Source of the DNA: the human T2T-CHM13v2.0 reference genome, Homo sapiens
Length of the DNA: 64,000 bases
NCBI RefSeq assembly: GCF_009914755.1
Contig: NC_060931.1
Reading direction: 5' to 3' (one strand)
Positions 1 through 13,980 of this stretch are shown one piece after another. Within the stretch, counting starts at the first letter, position 1. The number at the start of each line of letters is the position of its first letter. The translations under genes were made by a program, and so were the position numbers. Below the pieces are notes generated by a model. The model saw only the letters and a program-made list of their open reading frames with translations, made no database searches and was not told where the DNA came from.

Positions 1-625
1 CTAAGAGATTTTAGTTTTAGGCCTTATGTTCTTATGTTTAGGTCCTTGATCCGTTTCAACTTAGTTTTTGTATATGGTGTTAGGTAAGGGTCCAGCTTCA
101 TTCTTTTACATGAGGATATTCAGTTTTCCTGATGCCGTTTGTTAAAAAACAAAAACAAAAAAGTATCTTTTCTCTATTGAATGATCTTGGTATCCTTGTC
201 AAAAATCATTTGACCATATATGTGAGGGTTTATTTCTGGGCATTCTATTCTATTTCATTGGTTTATTTGCCTGTCTTTATGTAAGAATCTCATTGTTTTG
301 TTTACTGTAGCTTTGTAGTAAATTTTGAAATCAGGAAGTATGAATCATTTAATATCTTTAGATGAAAAGAAGTTCTTATTTTTAGTGTAGTCAAAACCAT
401 GCTTTTTTACTCCTTAGTGTTGTTTATGTCATGTTTAAGAAATCTTAACATATTTTACCATCATGAAGATATTATTTTATGCTTTCTTCTAAAAGCCTGT
501 TTTTTCTTTAACATTTAGAACTGTAACCAACCTAGAAATGATTTCTGTATGGTATGAGTAATGAAGGCGGTGGTCAAAATTTATTTGGTTTTCAATTGAC
601 CCAGAAACATTTATTGAAAAGACTA
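1..625 (-). mobile_element. Old L1M ORF2 3'-region fragments
   Basis: Degenerate antisense L1 ORF2 motifs (tttttgtatatggtgttaggtaagggtccagcttcattctt; ttgtcaaaaatcatttgaccatatatgtgagggtttatttctggg). Confidence 0.75.
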
Positions 626-867
626 TCATATTTTATTAAACTTACTCATTTTATGAAAAAATTTCTAAACTAAATAAGAACTTTTTCTGTTCTTAGGAGT
701 GCTAGGAAAAGAATTCAAATATAAAAGGAAATCAATTCTAGGATTTGTCTATATTTTTAACTATATTTATAGTTAAAAAATTCTTGCTTATAGTCCAACG
801 AATTTCTTGCCATTTTGATTATAATCTAGGTTCAAATAAAAATAAGGACTCTAGAATGCTGTAGTTT

Positions 868-1090
868 AGGGATTGGCTAACATTTTCTTTAATGGATGAA
901 AGAGTAAATAATTTAGATTGTACAGGTCATGAGTCCTGTTGCAACTACTCAACTCCAGTTTTGTAGTACAAAAGGAGCCATAGACAATGTGCAAATGAAT
1001 AAGCATCGCTGTGTTCTCTAAAACTTCACTTACAAAATTAGGCAGTGGGGCTGGACTTGGCCCTTGGGTTATAGTTTTCTCACTCCTGCT
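868..1090. mobile_element. MER58A-like hAT-Charlie DNA transposon relic
   Basis: tgttgcaactactcaactc...gccatagacaatgtgcaaatgaat...gctggacttggcc motifs typical of MER58. Confidence 0.7.
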
Positions 1091-1943
1091 CCATTTATTG
1101 AGCCTATCTCCATATTCCCTGGTACCCTGGTACACCTAATATGTATACTTGCCAAGATAAGGCCATCAGAAATATAAGTGAATATGAATTTGTTGAGTGT
1201 ATATTAGATTTATGCGTATATATGTATCTCACATGGGTTGGGGGAGGTGAAAAGAGAATATAAAAATGCTCCTGAAACAACTGAATCTGTAGCTTCTGTC
1301 TTTGAAGTTACACTGAGGTGTTAGAGAGTAACAAGAAGCAGCTCTGCACAGGAGGTGTGCATACCGCCTTAAAGTTACCATTGCAGAGATTGAATGCTTA
1401 TTTTTAATCACTGACAAGAAACACCAAATCTGATGATCTACTCTTTCAAATATTAGTATTAGCAGGCTGTAGGTAAATTACATTCAACTAGGAATAAGGA
1501 AGGAAGAGGTAAAGTTACTGGACAGAACAGTCTTTTACTGTGTGAAGTGCTTCTCTTTGTTAAGATGAACTAATCTCATTGTCTAATGTTGCCAAATTAA
1601 ATGATGTAGGCAACAACTGCTGATCCTGTCCACCTACATTACCTTCTTTGTGCCATAGATAATCTGGCAGAGACTGCACGTTGTTCCTCAACATCTACTT
1701 GCTCTTTCTGCCTTTTGGTAATAGAACCACCCACACATATTTTAGATGGCATATTTTTACCCCACTACCTTGATGCCAATGGGATAATGAGTAGCATTGA
1801 TATGTGCAACTTAAAGTTGGTCTTTTGGATAGCAAATGATGTGCCCTCTGCTTGGTTTTGTTGCCTTCTTCTCATTGCCTAAAATGTGGGAATGTTGGTA
1901 GTGAGCTAGAATTAGCCACGTAGCAAAGGATATCACTGTATGG

Positions 1944-2153
1944 CAAGATTTGGAAACTTTTTTTCTGTAAAGGGCCAGATAGTACATATTTTAGGTTTTG
2001 CAGGCTGTATGGTCTCTGCCACAACTACTCAAGTCTGCCATTGTAGTGGCATAGACAATACATAACTGAATGGGTGTAGCTATTAAGAACTTTCTTTACA
2101 AAAGTGGAAGGAAGGCAGAATGTGGTTCTCAGGTAATAGGTTGCTTACACCTG
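1944..2153. mobile_element. MER58A-like DNA transposon relic, probably nested in an MLT1 LTR fragment
   Basis: aaacttttttctgtaaagggccagatagta...ggtctctgccacaactactcaagtctgccattgtag. Confidence 0.75.
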
Positions 2154-3094
2154 CCTTAGGGAATGGCAGAGCAACAGAAAACTGGGACTTAATATGACCT
2201 GCAGAGTACAGCTGTAGCTCTCAAATAGAGAGCAAAGGTGGGAGTATACTTCTAGCGCATCTCATATCTCTTTATTAAAGTGGTATGCTTTCTGCTGGCA
2301 CCTAAAAATCCAGAAGATGATTTGAAGATTAAGCAGATAGATATGCTTCTTTACATCTATTTTTAAAGTATAATTTATAAAAACTGCTTAAAATCTGTCA
2401 TTACTTTTTTCATCTCAGGTTTTTTCTCTTCCTATGAAATAATTCCATTTCAGTTAGCCTTTGGGGTAAATCTATCTTTCAAATTTTCAGTTATATTATT
2501 TCTTACATTAGTTGTTGTTTGAACCCTCTCCAAAATCTTTGTTCCTTTTTGTAAATGTGGAAAATTAGAGAGGTATAAAGGAAAAAAATCCCCCAGGATG
2601 CTATAAACTACTATGCTCAAATAATTTTTTTCTCATTTCTTATACTACATCTTGGAATATTATTTTTAAAAGTGATTTTCTTTGTAATAAATGTTATAGG
2701 TTTTACATTAATCCTTAAATCTATAAGTTATTTGTATATTTGGGGACTAAATGCTATATGTGTGATTTTGTAATTTAATATTTTTTTCAAATGTTTTTGC
2801 TATTATACTATTCATTTATGATGGGAAGAAAGTATTAGTATAAGTTGAAACACATGAAACTGACAAAAATCAATCTATTTTTAACCTAAAAAATGGGCAG
2901 TTTCATTTGATTGAGCCTAGTTTATTAAGAGGTACTCCCACTTAATGAAAAAGTAAAATTTTAAAATATAATTCATATTATACATTAATATACACTTGCA
3001 TTAACATATAACAGATTAGAATAATGTTATCCTATTGCACAGTAAGTGTATTGCAAAGTAAATTTGACAATATATTATACAATTTTTTTTAAAA

Positions 3095-4010
3095 CACTTT
3101 TATTGAATGCTTATGAAATGCTTGATTTAAGCCTTGATCCAGAAATTGATCTAAGAGTTGGGTATAAATCAGTGAACAAGATAGGTATCTGAATTTAAAA
3201 AATCGTTATTGTGTTGAAGGTGGCGACTGCTATGGGAGAAATTGTTCAGTATACGGGTGATCAGGAGTGCTGCAATTTGGGGGCAAGTTGCTACTTTAAT
3301 TAGGGTTATTAAGAAGAAGTATGATATTCGAATAAATACTTGAAGGCAATAGGGAGTTAGTTAAGTGCATATCAGGTGAGAAGTTTCCAGGCAGAAAGAA
3401 CTGACATTTCAAAGAAGATAAGGTAGAAAGATGCTGGGGATATTGGAGGAACATCACAAAGGCCACTATGACAGAAAGAAGTGAAGGGAAAGAAGGATAC
3501 TAGGTGATGAGGTCAGTTTGGTAACAGGAGTCAGGATTATACAATGAAGGACATTTTTAGCCATTTAAGGATCTTGGCTTTTACTTTGAGTAAGATGTAA
3601 TCCATTGGAAACTTTTGACGATTTACTTGCAGTTTGAAAGGATTCCCTCTGGCTAATGTGTTGAGAATAGAATCTACGGGAGACAAGGAGGGAGAGGGAA
3701 ACCTGACGAGGGGCTATGCAGTAACCCATATTGGTAGTGGGTGCAGTGATATCAAGGGATTGTTTTCTGGATGTAATTTGAAGAAAGTTCAACAAGATGT
3801 GTTGATGGATTGTATGTAGATTGTGAAGACAAGACAAGAGTCAAGAATGATCTCAAAGTTTTGGCCTGTGTACCTGGAAAGAAGAGTTGTGATCAACTAA
3901 CCTAAGAAAAACCCCAGGAAGAGGAGATCTAGGGCATGGCAAAGATCAGGAGATCCATTTCAATCACCTTAAGTTTAATATGTTTATTTGACAGACAAGT
4001 GGAAACTCTG
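3095..4010 (-). mobile_element. L2 LINE fragment
   Basis: Purine-rich antisense L2 motifs (ttttattgaatgcttat; ttggcttttactttgagtaagatg; gagtcaagaatgatctcaaagttttggcctg). Confidence 0.7.
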
Positions 4011-4159
4011 AGTAAGTTTCTGTCTCTCTCAGGGTAAAAGAAATCTTCATGTCTTATAGGGTGCTACATATTACACTGTTTTTACACCCTAATACCTATG
4101 AGAACACATTTCATTTTTTCCCTTCTCCCTCACTCATTTTTAGCTGTGTTGGTTTCTTT

Positions 4160-4498
4160 TCCCTTTGTCTTTCTCTTCCTCTTTCTCTCTCTCTCTCTAG
4201 ACATGGTCTCACCCTGTCACCCAGGCTGGAGTGGCATGAACACGGCTCACTACAGCCTCAACCTCCTGTGTTCAAGCAATCCTCTCACTCGGCCTCCCCA
4301 GTAGCTGGTACCACAGGCACGAACCACAACATCCAGCTAATATTTTATTTTTTATTGAGACGAGGTCTCGCCATGTTTCCTAGGCTGGTCTCAACCTCTT
4401 GGACTGAAGCAATGCTTGCAACTCTTGGACTCAAGCAATTCTCCTGCCTTAGGCTCCCAAAGTGCTGGTATTACAGGTGTGAGCCACTGTGCCCAGCC
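4160..4498 (-). mobile_element. AluJ, tail replaced by (CT)n, with short internal duplication
   Basis: ggtctcaccctgtcacccaggctggagt...ctcaagcaattctcctgccttaggctcccaaagtgctggtattacaggtgtgagccactgtgcccagcc. Confidence 0.9.
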
Positions 4499-4504
4499 AA
4501 TTGT

Positions 4505-4835
4505 TTCTCAAATATTATCTGACTCAATGCCTTTGCATTTCTGCTTCCTCTGACTGTAATACTCTTTCTCAGATATTCACATATCTCACTCTATCATTTC
4601 CATCACTCTGATAAACGGGTCCCTCGATAATCCCAGTTTATCAGAGAAGCACTCTATATTATATCGGGTGATCCCTTACCACCCTATATAAACTAGTACT
4701 CTCCTCCTCTGTCTTGCCTTCCCTAACACTCTTACCTTGCTTTTTTCTCCATAGCACACAAACCACCTGGCACAATATATGTTTTCGTATTTACTTGTTT
4801 AGTTTTGATTTTCTTCACTAGAATATGAGTTCCAA
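4505..4835 (+). mobile_element. L2 fragment
   Basis: gcctttgcatttctgcttcctctgac...ttctccatagcac...ctagaatatgagttcca. Confidence 0.55.
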
Positions 4836-5299
4836 ATGGTAGCCATGGAGCTGCGCAGCTCAGATTTTTCTTTCAGCTTCAAGGATTGCAGTTAGCTAAC
4901 ATGTTTCTATTCCAGTGCCTTAGAGAGCCAATACAGTACTCAAGCCTAGACCATGTTCTCTTTGGACAGCCCCAACAGAAAAGGAATATTAGGGCTTGGT
5001 CATTCCTGCCCAATGTGGGACTTGTCCAAAGTCCCACATTTGCTCCAGATCTCCCCATTGTCTTTGATGAGACTTTTTTCAGCTCTGCAACACAGTCTGA
5101 CTTTCTTCTTGCCTAGTCCTGATTCCTTCCCTTTTTGCTTTCATAAATATCAGATTCGTATTCTGGCCTCAAGCTTCACCCACATCAATTCCGTTTCTTT
5201 CCCCTTTATATTTCACAAGATTTACCATCCCACCTCCCACCCTTCCCAAATCTCTTGTATTCCTGACTTGCTCTTAAGTCTTAGTATCTTATTCATGAA

Positions 5300-6620
5300 G
5301 TATCTGAATGGAGACAGTTGTTACTGGGAGCATTCTAAGTAAGTAGTAGTTTGGGGTTAGGGATTGGGTTATCCGCCCTCCACCCCGCCCATGGCTGACA
5401 CTGAGAATCTCATCCTGGATGGTGGGTAGAATGCAGATAGTCCCTGGCACAAAGATGTGGTACATTTGCTAAAAATTTCACTAGGGTGACTGGAAAGGAT
5501 GTTTGAGTGGAGGGAATTATACTAGGTGGTGTAATAAAAGTGTGGAGGACACAAAGGATAATGATATTGACTGATTGTTAATAAACCACAATGATGTCCT
5601 AATGAAAAATAGTGAAAAGTTGCAATCAGTTAACAAATAATTTCTAAAAAGTGTGAAGGCCAAAGTTTTATCTCCTGCAATGGGAGAAGAGAAAAAGCTG
5701 AAAACCAAATTTAGGACTTAATAGTTAGAGTTGTTGAGTTTCAAAAACGATTAAATGATCCACCAAGAGAGCAAAGGTCCTGTTGAATCATAAGCTATGG
5801 GTGCCAGCTGGACATTTTGGAGTGTTGTTTCCAGGGATAGCAGGCAGGAAGAGGAGCCGTCATCCTCTGATAAGCAGGAGGAGGTAGGAGGAAAATGTAG
5901 CGAACTCCGATGATCCACTTTGGTGCCTCTTGGCCCTCCCTTGCTCAATCGTGACTGAGGAGGATATGGTTACACCAGACTCAGACTTCTCAGGAAAGCT
6001 AGTTTGAGCTACATCACTAGGTAAGTTCCCAAGACCATCAGAGATGATGCCTGAGGTGGGGAAAATTTAGAATATGGAGTGGAAAAGGAAGACAAGGAGT
6101 ACCAATTATAACTTCAAGAACTGCAGTAATGGGATTATAGTTGGTTCCACTAATCCCTGTCTTCTAAATTTTTGCTCAGGAAGAGAGACTAACTGAACTT
6201 TGAAGGGTCCAACACCCAACTCATGTATAGAGAGGTGAATCACATGGCACAAAGAGTGAAGTGTGGCATCTGTAGAGGTGCGATGCTCAGATCTCTATTC
6301 TAGGAAGAAATTGTTCAGCTCTAAGGAGTGCACTTAGCTGACTGCCTTCAACTGCAACATCTACCGAATCTGCTGCAACTTTCAAGCTGAAGACATGCTC
6401 TTCTCACTGAGTCTCCAGCCAATGACTGAACATGGTGATATTAGTAAAGCCTGACCATTTTTGCCCAGTATGAGACTCTTCTAATAGAAAAGCTCTGTGC
6501 TGTAGCTGTTTCTTGAATTGGCTGAGACAGCGCTGTATCTGCAGCACAGTCTAGTGCTCTTTCTGCCCAGTTTTACTTCCTCCCCTCTTTCTTTTCACAG
6601 ATGTTATACCTTTATGACAG
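5300..6620. mobile_element. Ancient ERVL relic (LTR16-like LTR plus internal fragments)
   Basis: gatgctcagatc...gctgactgccttcaactgc...cagccaatgactga...ccatttttgcccagtatgagactc resembles the LTR16 family. Confidence 0.5.
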
Positions 6621-6899
6621 TCTGAAGCCTTTCTTGCCAAATTCTGCATATTTCCTCTTTATAGTTCATAGTTCACTTACCCTTACCCCACCACATGTAT
6701 TTGCCTCTTGCATTCCTAACTGTTCTCAGTATGAGGGCAAGAGTTATCTTTTTAATTCTGAACGAAATTTCCAGTGTTTTGAACAGTATATTCCAAGTTA
6801 CAGGCATTAAATAAGCAAATTTTGAAAATTGCATCCTGAGTTACACATGATAATTATCTCCCTTCTCATTAGTTTGTAAGCTCTCTCAAGACTGATATG

Positions 6900-7030
6900 A
6901 TAATAATAATAATAATAGTAATAGTTACTGAGCACTTACTATGTGTTAAGTGCTGTGCTTACATTACCTCGTTTAATACTTACCTTAACCCTGTATAGAA
7001 GGGTTTCTCCTTTCCTCATTTTTTAAGCAA
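6900..7030 (-). mobile_element. MIR fragment
   Basis: aataataataatag...tactgagcacttactatgtg...aaccctgt. Confidence 0.65.
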
Positions 7031-9730
7031 GTCTCCAATAGATTGAGTTTACAATGTGCAAATGCCCAAGTGTCATTTTTTCAAGGAAGAATATTGCAAT
7101 AAGTTCATTAGATATTTCCATTAAATAATTTCAAGCAATGATACTAAGGGTATTATTTGTACTTATTTCTGTCTTATATTATCTCTTCTAAATGTAACGG
7201 ATTTACTTAAGCTTAAAAATGCTGGTTGTATCAGAACTAACAACTTTGAAATGGAAGGCTTCCTAACCATTTTCCTGCTTCTTGACTCACCAAACTTCGG
7301 GCAGGGTTTTCTGGTTATCCTGCCACTGTCTTTAACTTCTTTGTGGCTTCTGATAGCTATCATTTAAGGATTACAGAATCTCCTTTTGGTTAGTATCATG
7401 GATGGAGAAAACCATTAACATGGTGGAAGCTATTACTTCTTGATCCCTATGGGTCCTGAAAGATGATGACCTTCAGGAGCATGTTCACAAGTGCTGCTCT
7501 GTGCCAAGAGAAAATTCAAAATTTTAAAACAAATCTCCCTTCACTTTATCCAAGTAGCCTTAAATTTATATCAATCATCTTGTTTAGCAAAGTGATTTGA
7601 TATACTCTTTTTATCGTCTTCCTAGAGTACAGACTCAAGAAGACTTGTTTCAATACATTCCCTTGGGATTTCATGCAGTATTCAGATTGAATTTTGAGCT
7701 TATCCTGTTTCTTTATGTGAGAGCCACACTGGCCCTCCTACACAGCATTAACTTAAAGACCCTTTAAAAGCGAAGTGCCCACACTCAAGAATGGCTGCTG
7801 GATAAATAGAACTGTTCTGGAGTCTTTCACTCCCTTTTTGTCCCATCTATGTATGCAGTCTCAGTCTTTCTCCCTATCTTCCCAGACTTCAGAATTTAGT
7901 ATGTTACTCCCACCTGGATTATTATACTCTAGATTTGATCTGTTATTCTCCTCCATGGTTAGATGACTTTGAAGTGGCTCTTGGAACCATTAGCAGCAGA
8001 TGGGTTATCTTCAGTAGGAATCTCTGCTTGAGGTTCTTTACATAATTCTAATCTGATGGTTGTTATAGGCTAACTGATCTCTCTCTCTGTCTCTCTCTTT
8101 CTCTCTGTGAATGCATTAGGGATTCTGTGATCAATTTTTTATGTTCATTATAGGGTAAAGTTATAAGATGGTAGACATAAGTCAAGATGGTAGAGATAAT
8201 TAGATATTAAAAAAGCTTTTTAAGATATTAGAGAAAAAATGATCAAATGGTTAAAAAATTTTTGAGAATTTATCTGTACTTTATAGATAAAGACTTGCAA
8301 GGTTAGTTTTGTTCTAACTCTAGCTCATAATCTGGTGACCTTGACCTTGCTTGAATATCAAGTTTGAACTTGATGTTCTATGGAAGGCAAAAACTGTGTA
8401 GGGCAAGTATGAGCTGGTTCAGTAATACCCTTGGAATTAAGAAACTAACAACATAACGAAATACCATAATGTTGTTAGCCATTGTCAATTTACTTTCTGT
8501 CATCTGAGAAGAAACACTCTACACACACACTATTATAGTGGAGTGGGACCCTGGGTCCTTAGAATTTTTTGGTTTCCATATTGTATCTTTTCTCTTTTCC
8601 CATTTTTCTCACCTCATATTTTCATTCAGTGATCCTCAGATCTCATAATACTCTCTTTTTCCACTAGGCTAGGGGCTCCACCATGACTGATATTATAATA
8701 CTAAAATAATTTTTAAAACTACTGAGCACTTACTATGTATTTGGCACAGTGCATGTGCAGTCTGTTTACCTCTGATTCTGCCTTGTCTTCAACCATGACA
8801 TGCATCCTATCTAGACTGAGAAATTTTCTTGTATTTGAATGATCAGTTTCATTCTTTATCGTGTATCTCCAGAAGGAATTAGTCTTTTTCCAGTATGATA
8901 TGACTATGGTTAATAACTTGATTAAAGCTTTGGTGGATTAGTTTAATTACCTAGGTTAAATATTGGCCTGGAATATTCCACTGCAGCGTTCTCTAAGAAG
9001 AGCAGAGTAATTTTGATGCATATTTGTGTGATTGTAGGATGAAGTTTTATATATCACATATCCAATCATTTAAAGTATGCTATCTTTAGGATCTTAATTT
9101 GTTTAACGTTATGGAGAATTAGGTTCATAATGTGACAGTGATAGTCCTGAAGAAATCAATCAAGATATATTTCTAAGTAACAGTAATGGAGAGAACACTG
9201 GCTTTTAGGAAGAGCACAAGTCCTCTCTCTAGTCCTTCTCTTACTTCATTTCCAAGGAAGATAAGTAATTTCTCATGGAGATTCTAGGACATTTTATTGG
9301 GTCATCGTCCTAGTGGGCAGAACTTGCAAAGGTGAAGCTTCTGACCACCTACTGGTTTTTCTTTCTTCTTCTTGTTCTTTATTCCATTGTATGAAAGTAA
9401 TAAGGTTTCTGGAGTCCTCACATGTCAACCTGTCCTCTGATTTCATTTTCCTCCTTTCTGAGTCTGTGAGTCTTTTTATTCTACGGAAGTGGGGGTATTC
9501 TTTAGACAAGCCTTAATGAACACAGATCAGAAAAATGCAAAGCGCAGCTTTGAACATAAGGCGATGACTCTCATTTGAACCGAAGACCGCCTGTCTCAGA
9601 ATGACCAGTTAGCTAAAGAGTTGATTCCTGGACCCAACTCAAAGACAAAGAATCAGAATATCTAATGGCATACAGAGATTACCCTGTTTAGGAGATTGTT
9701 ATGTATGCTTAAGAATTGAGGTTTAGTTTA

Positions 9731-9880
9731 GCAGTGATTCTTCATCCTGGCTGCATATTAGAATTTCCTGTGAATCGACAACTGTTGATAGTGGAGCCAC
9801 ATTCCTAAGAAATTAAATCAGCGTTTAAGCTGAATTTCTCCAAAGAATTCTAAAATGCAGTGAGATTTGAAAGCCATGGG
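9731..9880. mobile_element. MER5-like DNA transposon relic
   Basis: cagtgattcttcatcctggctgcatattagaat...attctaaaatgcag...tttgaaagccatgg. Confidence 0.55.
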
Positions 9881-10478
9881 TTAGGAAAATAGTGTTACCT
9901 GAATAGTACAATCTTATCTTTGACTTGCTTTGCTTTCTTTCTGACCCTGTGGTATAAGGTCCAATCAAAGCTGGATTCTTATACAACCAGTGCGGTCAAC
10001 ACTTCCAACAGGAAGAAAGATGAGATATATTTGGAATTAATAATAACAAACATGAACTAGAATATTTGTATTGAGCTATTAGCCTGGGAAACTTTATTAT
10101 AATAAGTTATAAACCTAAAAATACAATCATGAGGTAAATTCAAGTTACATACATTGTTTACTAAAAAATGGAATAGATTTTTAAGCATATTAAACCAATA
10201 ATTCTCCTCTGAGGTTTGAAAGATAATAATCAGAGTATCATTTAAAATGAAAAGAAAAACCTTCTCTGTCTTATTCTTCCTATAGGTGATAGTAATCTGA
10301 TGCATGAAGTCCCAATTACTGCAACTGCTGCTGGGTTTTTAAATCACCATTATATTGCTAAGGCATAAATCAGTACTCAGATTAATGTTTTATGTTTGTG
10401 TGTCAGGTGATCTCCTATATGGCTTCCCAGGGTTCTTAGGTATGGGGCATATTTTCTTAAAGGATTCTATATTCAAAT

Positions 10479-10481
<3 letters not shown>

Positions 10482-10519
<38 letters not shown>

Positions 10520-10521
10520 AC
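10482..10521. repeat. (CA)n microsatellite
   Basis: About 20 AC units with one interruption. Confidence 0.97.
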
Positions 10522-12228
10522 AGTGCTCTGAAATATGTATATTTGTCTGTATAGTTACTGAAGTTGCCATTTATAAATTTTATTTCTTTGGTGATAATAA
10601 TTTTAGTGAATCTGAGCATTCATTTCATTGATGTGACTTAGTTTTCTTGTTTTGAAAACAGTAATGGTAATTTAAACGAACAGAAAAATCAGCAGTGATT
10701 TGTGTAATGCAATGTTTGAATCAAATGGTTAAAACCCAAATCTCAAATTACAGCACACTGGATATATTTTGTTCATCAGAGAGCTGAATTTGCTAAGAAT
10801 ATTCATCCATAAAGGGAAGGAAAAATGTATATGCATCGATCCATTATCACATTGCCTTTATTGATAAATAATGATAATTGTAAAGATGTTAATTTGTTTC
10901 ATTTCAGTTTTAAATCATTTTACTGCCATTATTCTACTAAATGCTTAAGTAGATTAGGGTAGAAATCAATAAAAGGATATGGTTTTTATGGTTAAGATGC
11001 TAATTCTAAGAAAAATTGTGTAGGTTGAAATAATGCTAAACTTGGTAAAAAGTTTGCATACTACAAAAACAGTTACAAAATACTATGTTTAGGGTATCTT
11101 AAAGCTCATAAAACATTTTCGGTAGCTAAATAATATTTTAGGTTTATAAGACACAATCATCTACATCTAAGGCAGACTTGGGAAATGAGCTTGGTTTAAT
11201 GAGGGAGTGTGAATAAATTATATAAGCTTTAAAACCATCTAAATAAATTTCTGCCCTAATATCAATTTCCATTTTCTCAAATCTACTTGAATCCCAGATT
11301 ATTTTGATTTGCTATCTGCAGTTATCTCCAAATGTCTTTGAAGGTTATCTCTATCTCTTAATCCATGTGACATATTATTATCAATAAAGAACTTCTCTGA
11401 CACGCTTTCACACAAAACCTTCAATTTCTTAATAGTTTATTTATTTTGTTGTATAGCTACACACCCAAATATATTTATATAACAAAATAAATAACAAAAT
11501 ACTGTGTCTATATAACAAAATTATTAAACTATTATATGTATATATAAAATCGTATAGATATAAAATCCTCAAATCCTTTGAGTACTATTAAAGACCCTTC
11601 AGACTCACCCTGTATTTTTACTTACCTTTTACCCTCACCTGCCCTCTTTCATCTCTCTTAGCCATCCCAAGAATACATTTTCTCATTCCTGATTATTCGC
11701 CCTGGTACTCCCTACTCTTCTCATTCTACACCCCTGACTTACATTATTTCACTCCTCTGCCCAAAATGTTTCCCATTTCCTAATTGGTCTCTGAATATCT
11801 TGCCCTGCTGTAACATATATTTCATTCAATAGCTAAATGTGATTATTTTAACATGGGAAATCTGATCACCACCACCCTGCTTATAACCTTTAAATGATTT
11901 TAATCATTCTTAGGATATATTAAGAAATCTCTGATATGACTAACAAAGCCTCCAGTAATCTGATCACTGCCAACTTCCCTGTAACCATCTCTCAGTTTTT
12001 CTCTTTGCTTTAGACATGTTTATGCTTTTTGAATTCCAGGGATAGGCCATAATACCTAAAAGGACATCTGACATATAAAACATTTTCCCTGCCCTCTGCC
12101 ACCACATCCTTCTGATTTTTTCCAGTTCTTCAGGTAGGAAATACAGAGATTCTAGTGTTGGTATGCTTTTAATAAAATAAAAAACAAGTGACTTCCATTT
12201 TTAGGCAAGGTGGAGCAAAAGGCACTGA

Positions 12229-12597
12229 TTTTTTTTTTATTATACTTTAAGTTTTAGGGTACATGTGCACATTGTGCAGGTTAGTTACATATGTATACAT
12301 GTGCCATGCTGGTGCGCTGCACCCACTAACTCGTCATCTAGCATTAGGTGTATCTCCCAATGCTATCCCTCCCCCCTCCCCCCACCCCACAACAGTCCCC
12401 AGAGTGTGATATTCCCCTTCCTGTGTCCATGTGATTTCATTGTTCAATTCCCACCTATGAGTGAGAATATGCGGTGTTTGGTTTTTTGTTCTTGTGATAG
12501 TTTACTGAGAATGATGATTTCCAATTTCATCCATGTCCCTACAAAGGACATGAACTCATCATTTTTTATGACTGCATAGTATTCCATGGTGTATATG
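12229..12597 (-). mobile_element. 5'-truncated young L1 (L1PA2-like 3' end, about 370 bp)
   Basis: Poly(T), L1 3'UTR and ORF2 C-terminus in antisense; TSD AAAAGGCACTGA at 12217-12228 and 12598-12609. Confidence 0.95.
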
Positions 12598-12829
12598 AAA
12601 AGGCACTGAATTTACCCTACTACCTGAAAAAAAGAGACAATGGAAAAAAATATGAAAAACTTCTCAGGTGGTCGGATTTTCAAACAGTCTGCAAAATCTT
12701 CCCATCACCTAACCTGTGGTTGTAACTTTTGGTCACTTAACGAGCCACTATGCCTTTCTTCTGTAATGCCATATCAGTAAATTTAATTTTATGTATATTA
12801 AAATCAAATAAAATTCTCCTCAAAAAGAA

Positions 12830-13980
12830 TCAAAGCCATAAATGTAAACATAAAACTACAAAACTCCTAGAAAAAAAAACAAGAAAAAAACTATGTGATC
12901 TTGATTTCAAATGCATGATCCATAAAAATACGAAATTGATAAATTAGACTTCATCAAAATTAAAACTTTTCCTTTTCAAAGCATGGTTAAGAAAAGTCAA
13001 AGTCTAGGAGAAACGATTTTCAAATTGCATATTCAAATACTTAGGAAGTGTATTTAAATTATATTGAAAATACTTTGAAAACATAATTATTAGAAAATAA
13101 ACCATCCAGTAAAAAGCTGTGCAAATTTTTGAACAAATATTGCAAAAATTCAGCAAAGAAAAAATACTTGTAATAATAAGTACATGAAGAAAGGCTCAAC
13201 ATCATTAGTCAACAGGGAAATATAAATTAAAACCACAACGAGATATCATTGTACACCTATCAAAAGTGGATAAATTAAAGAGACTAATTATACTAAGTGT
13301 CGGCAAATATGTGGAGAAATTGGACTTCTTATGCACTGCTAGTTGGAATGTAAAATGTTATGACTGCACAATAAAAATTTTATCAGTTTTTAAATAAGTT
13401 AAACATATACCTGCCCTATGATCTAGCTGTTTACTCCTAGTTATTTTGACAAGAGAAATAAAAGTATATATGTGGCACACAAATGTTTCTAGCAGATTTA
13501 CTTGTAATAGCTGCAACCTTTCTTATAATTTTGTGGTACACCATCCAAATGTTCATCAACAAATGAATGGACAAACTGTGATACATCTGAAGAATGGAGT
13601 ACCACTCAGCAGTAAAAAGGAATGAATTATTAGTACACATTATAAAAAGAAATCAATCTTAAATATGCTGAAAGAAAATAGATAAAAGTACATATTCTAT
13701 TATTTCATTTGTGTAAAGTTCTAGTAAGTGCAAACTAATCTATCGTAACTGAAAGCAGGTCAGTGGCCAGTGAACTAGGGGTACATGCTTTACCGAGAGG
13801 AATTCTTAAGGGAGATGAGGAAACTTTTGGTGGCAAAGGATGTACTTATTATTTTGATTGTGGTGATGATTCCATAGGTGGATCCATATATCAAAACTTA
13901 TCAAATTGTATTTAAATGTGTAGTTTATTATATGTCAGTTATACCTCAATAAAGCTGTTTTATCTTAAAAAAGAAAAGAA
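12830..13980 (+). mobile_element. Old L1M (L1ME/L1MB-type) 3' end
   Basis: Degenerate ORF2 end and 3'UTR ending tatgtcagttatacctcaataaagctg plus A-rich tail. Confidence 0.8.

Noticed and set aside
4049-4522. 157-aa ORF
   Set aside because: Antisense Alu translation.
7454-7479. Hairpin enclosing ATGATGA (C-box-like)
   Set aside because: No D box (CTGA) at a suitable distance downstream; not a supportable snoRNA.
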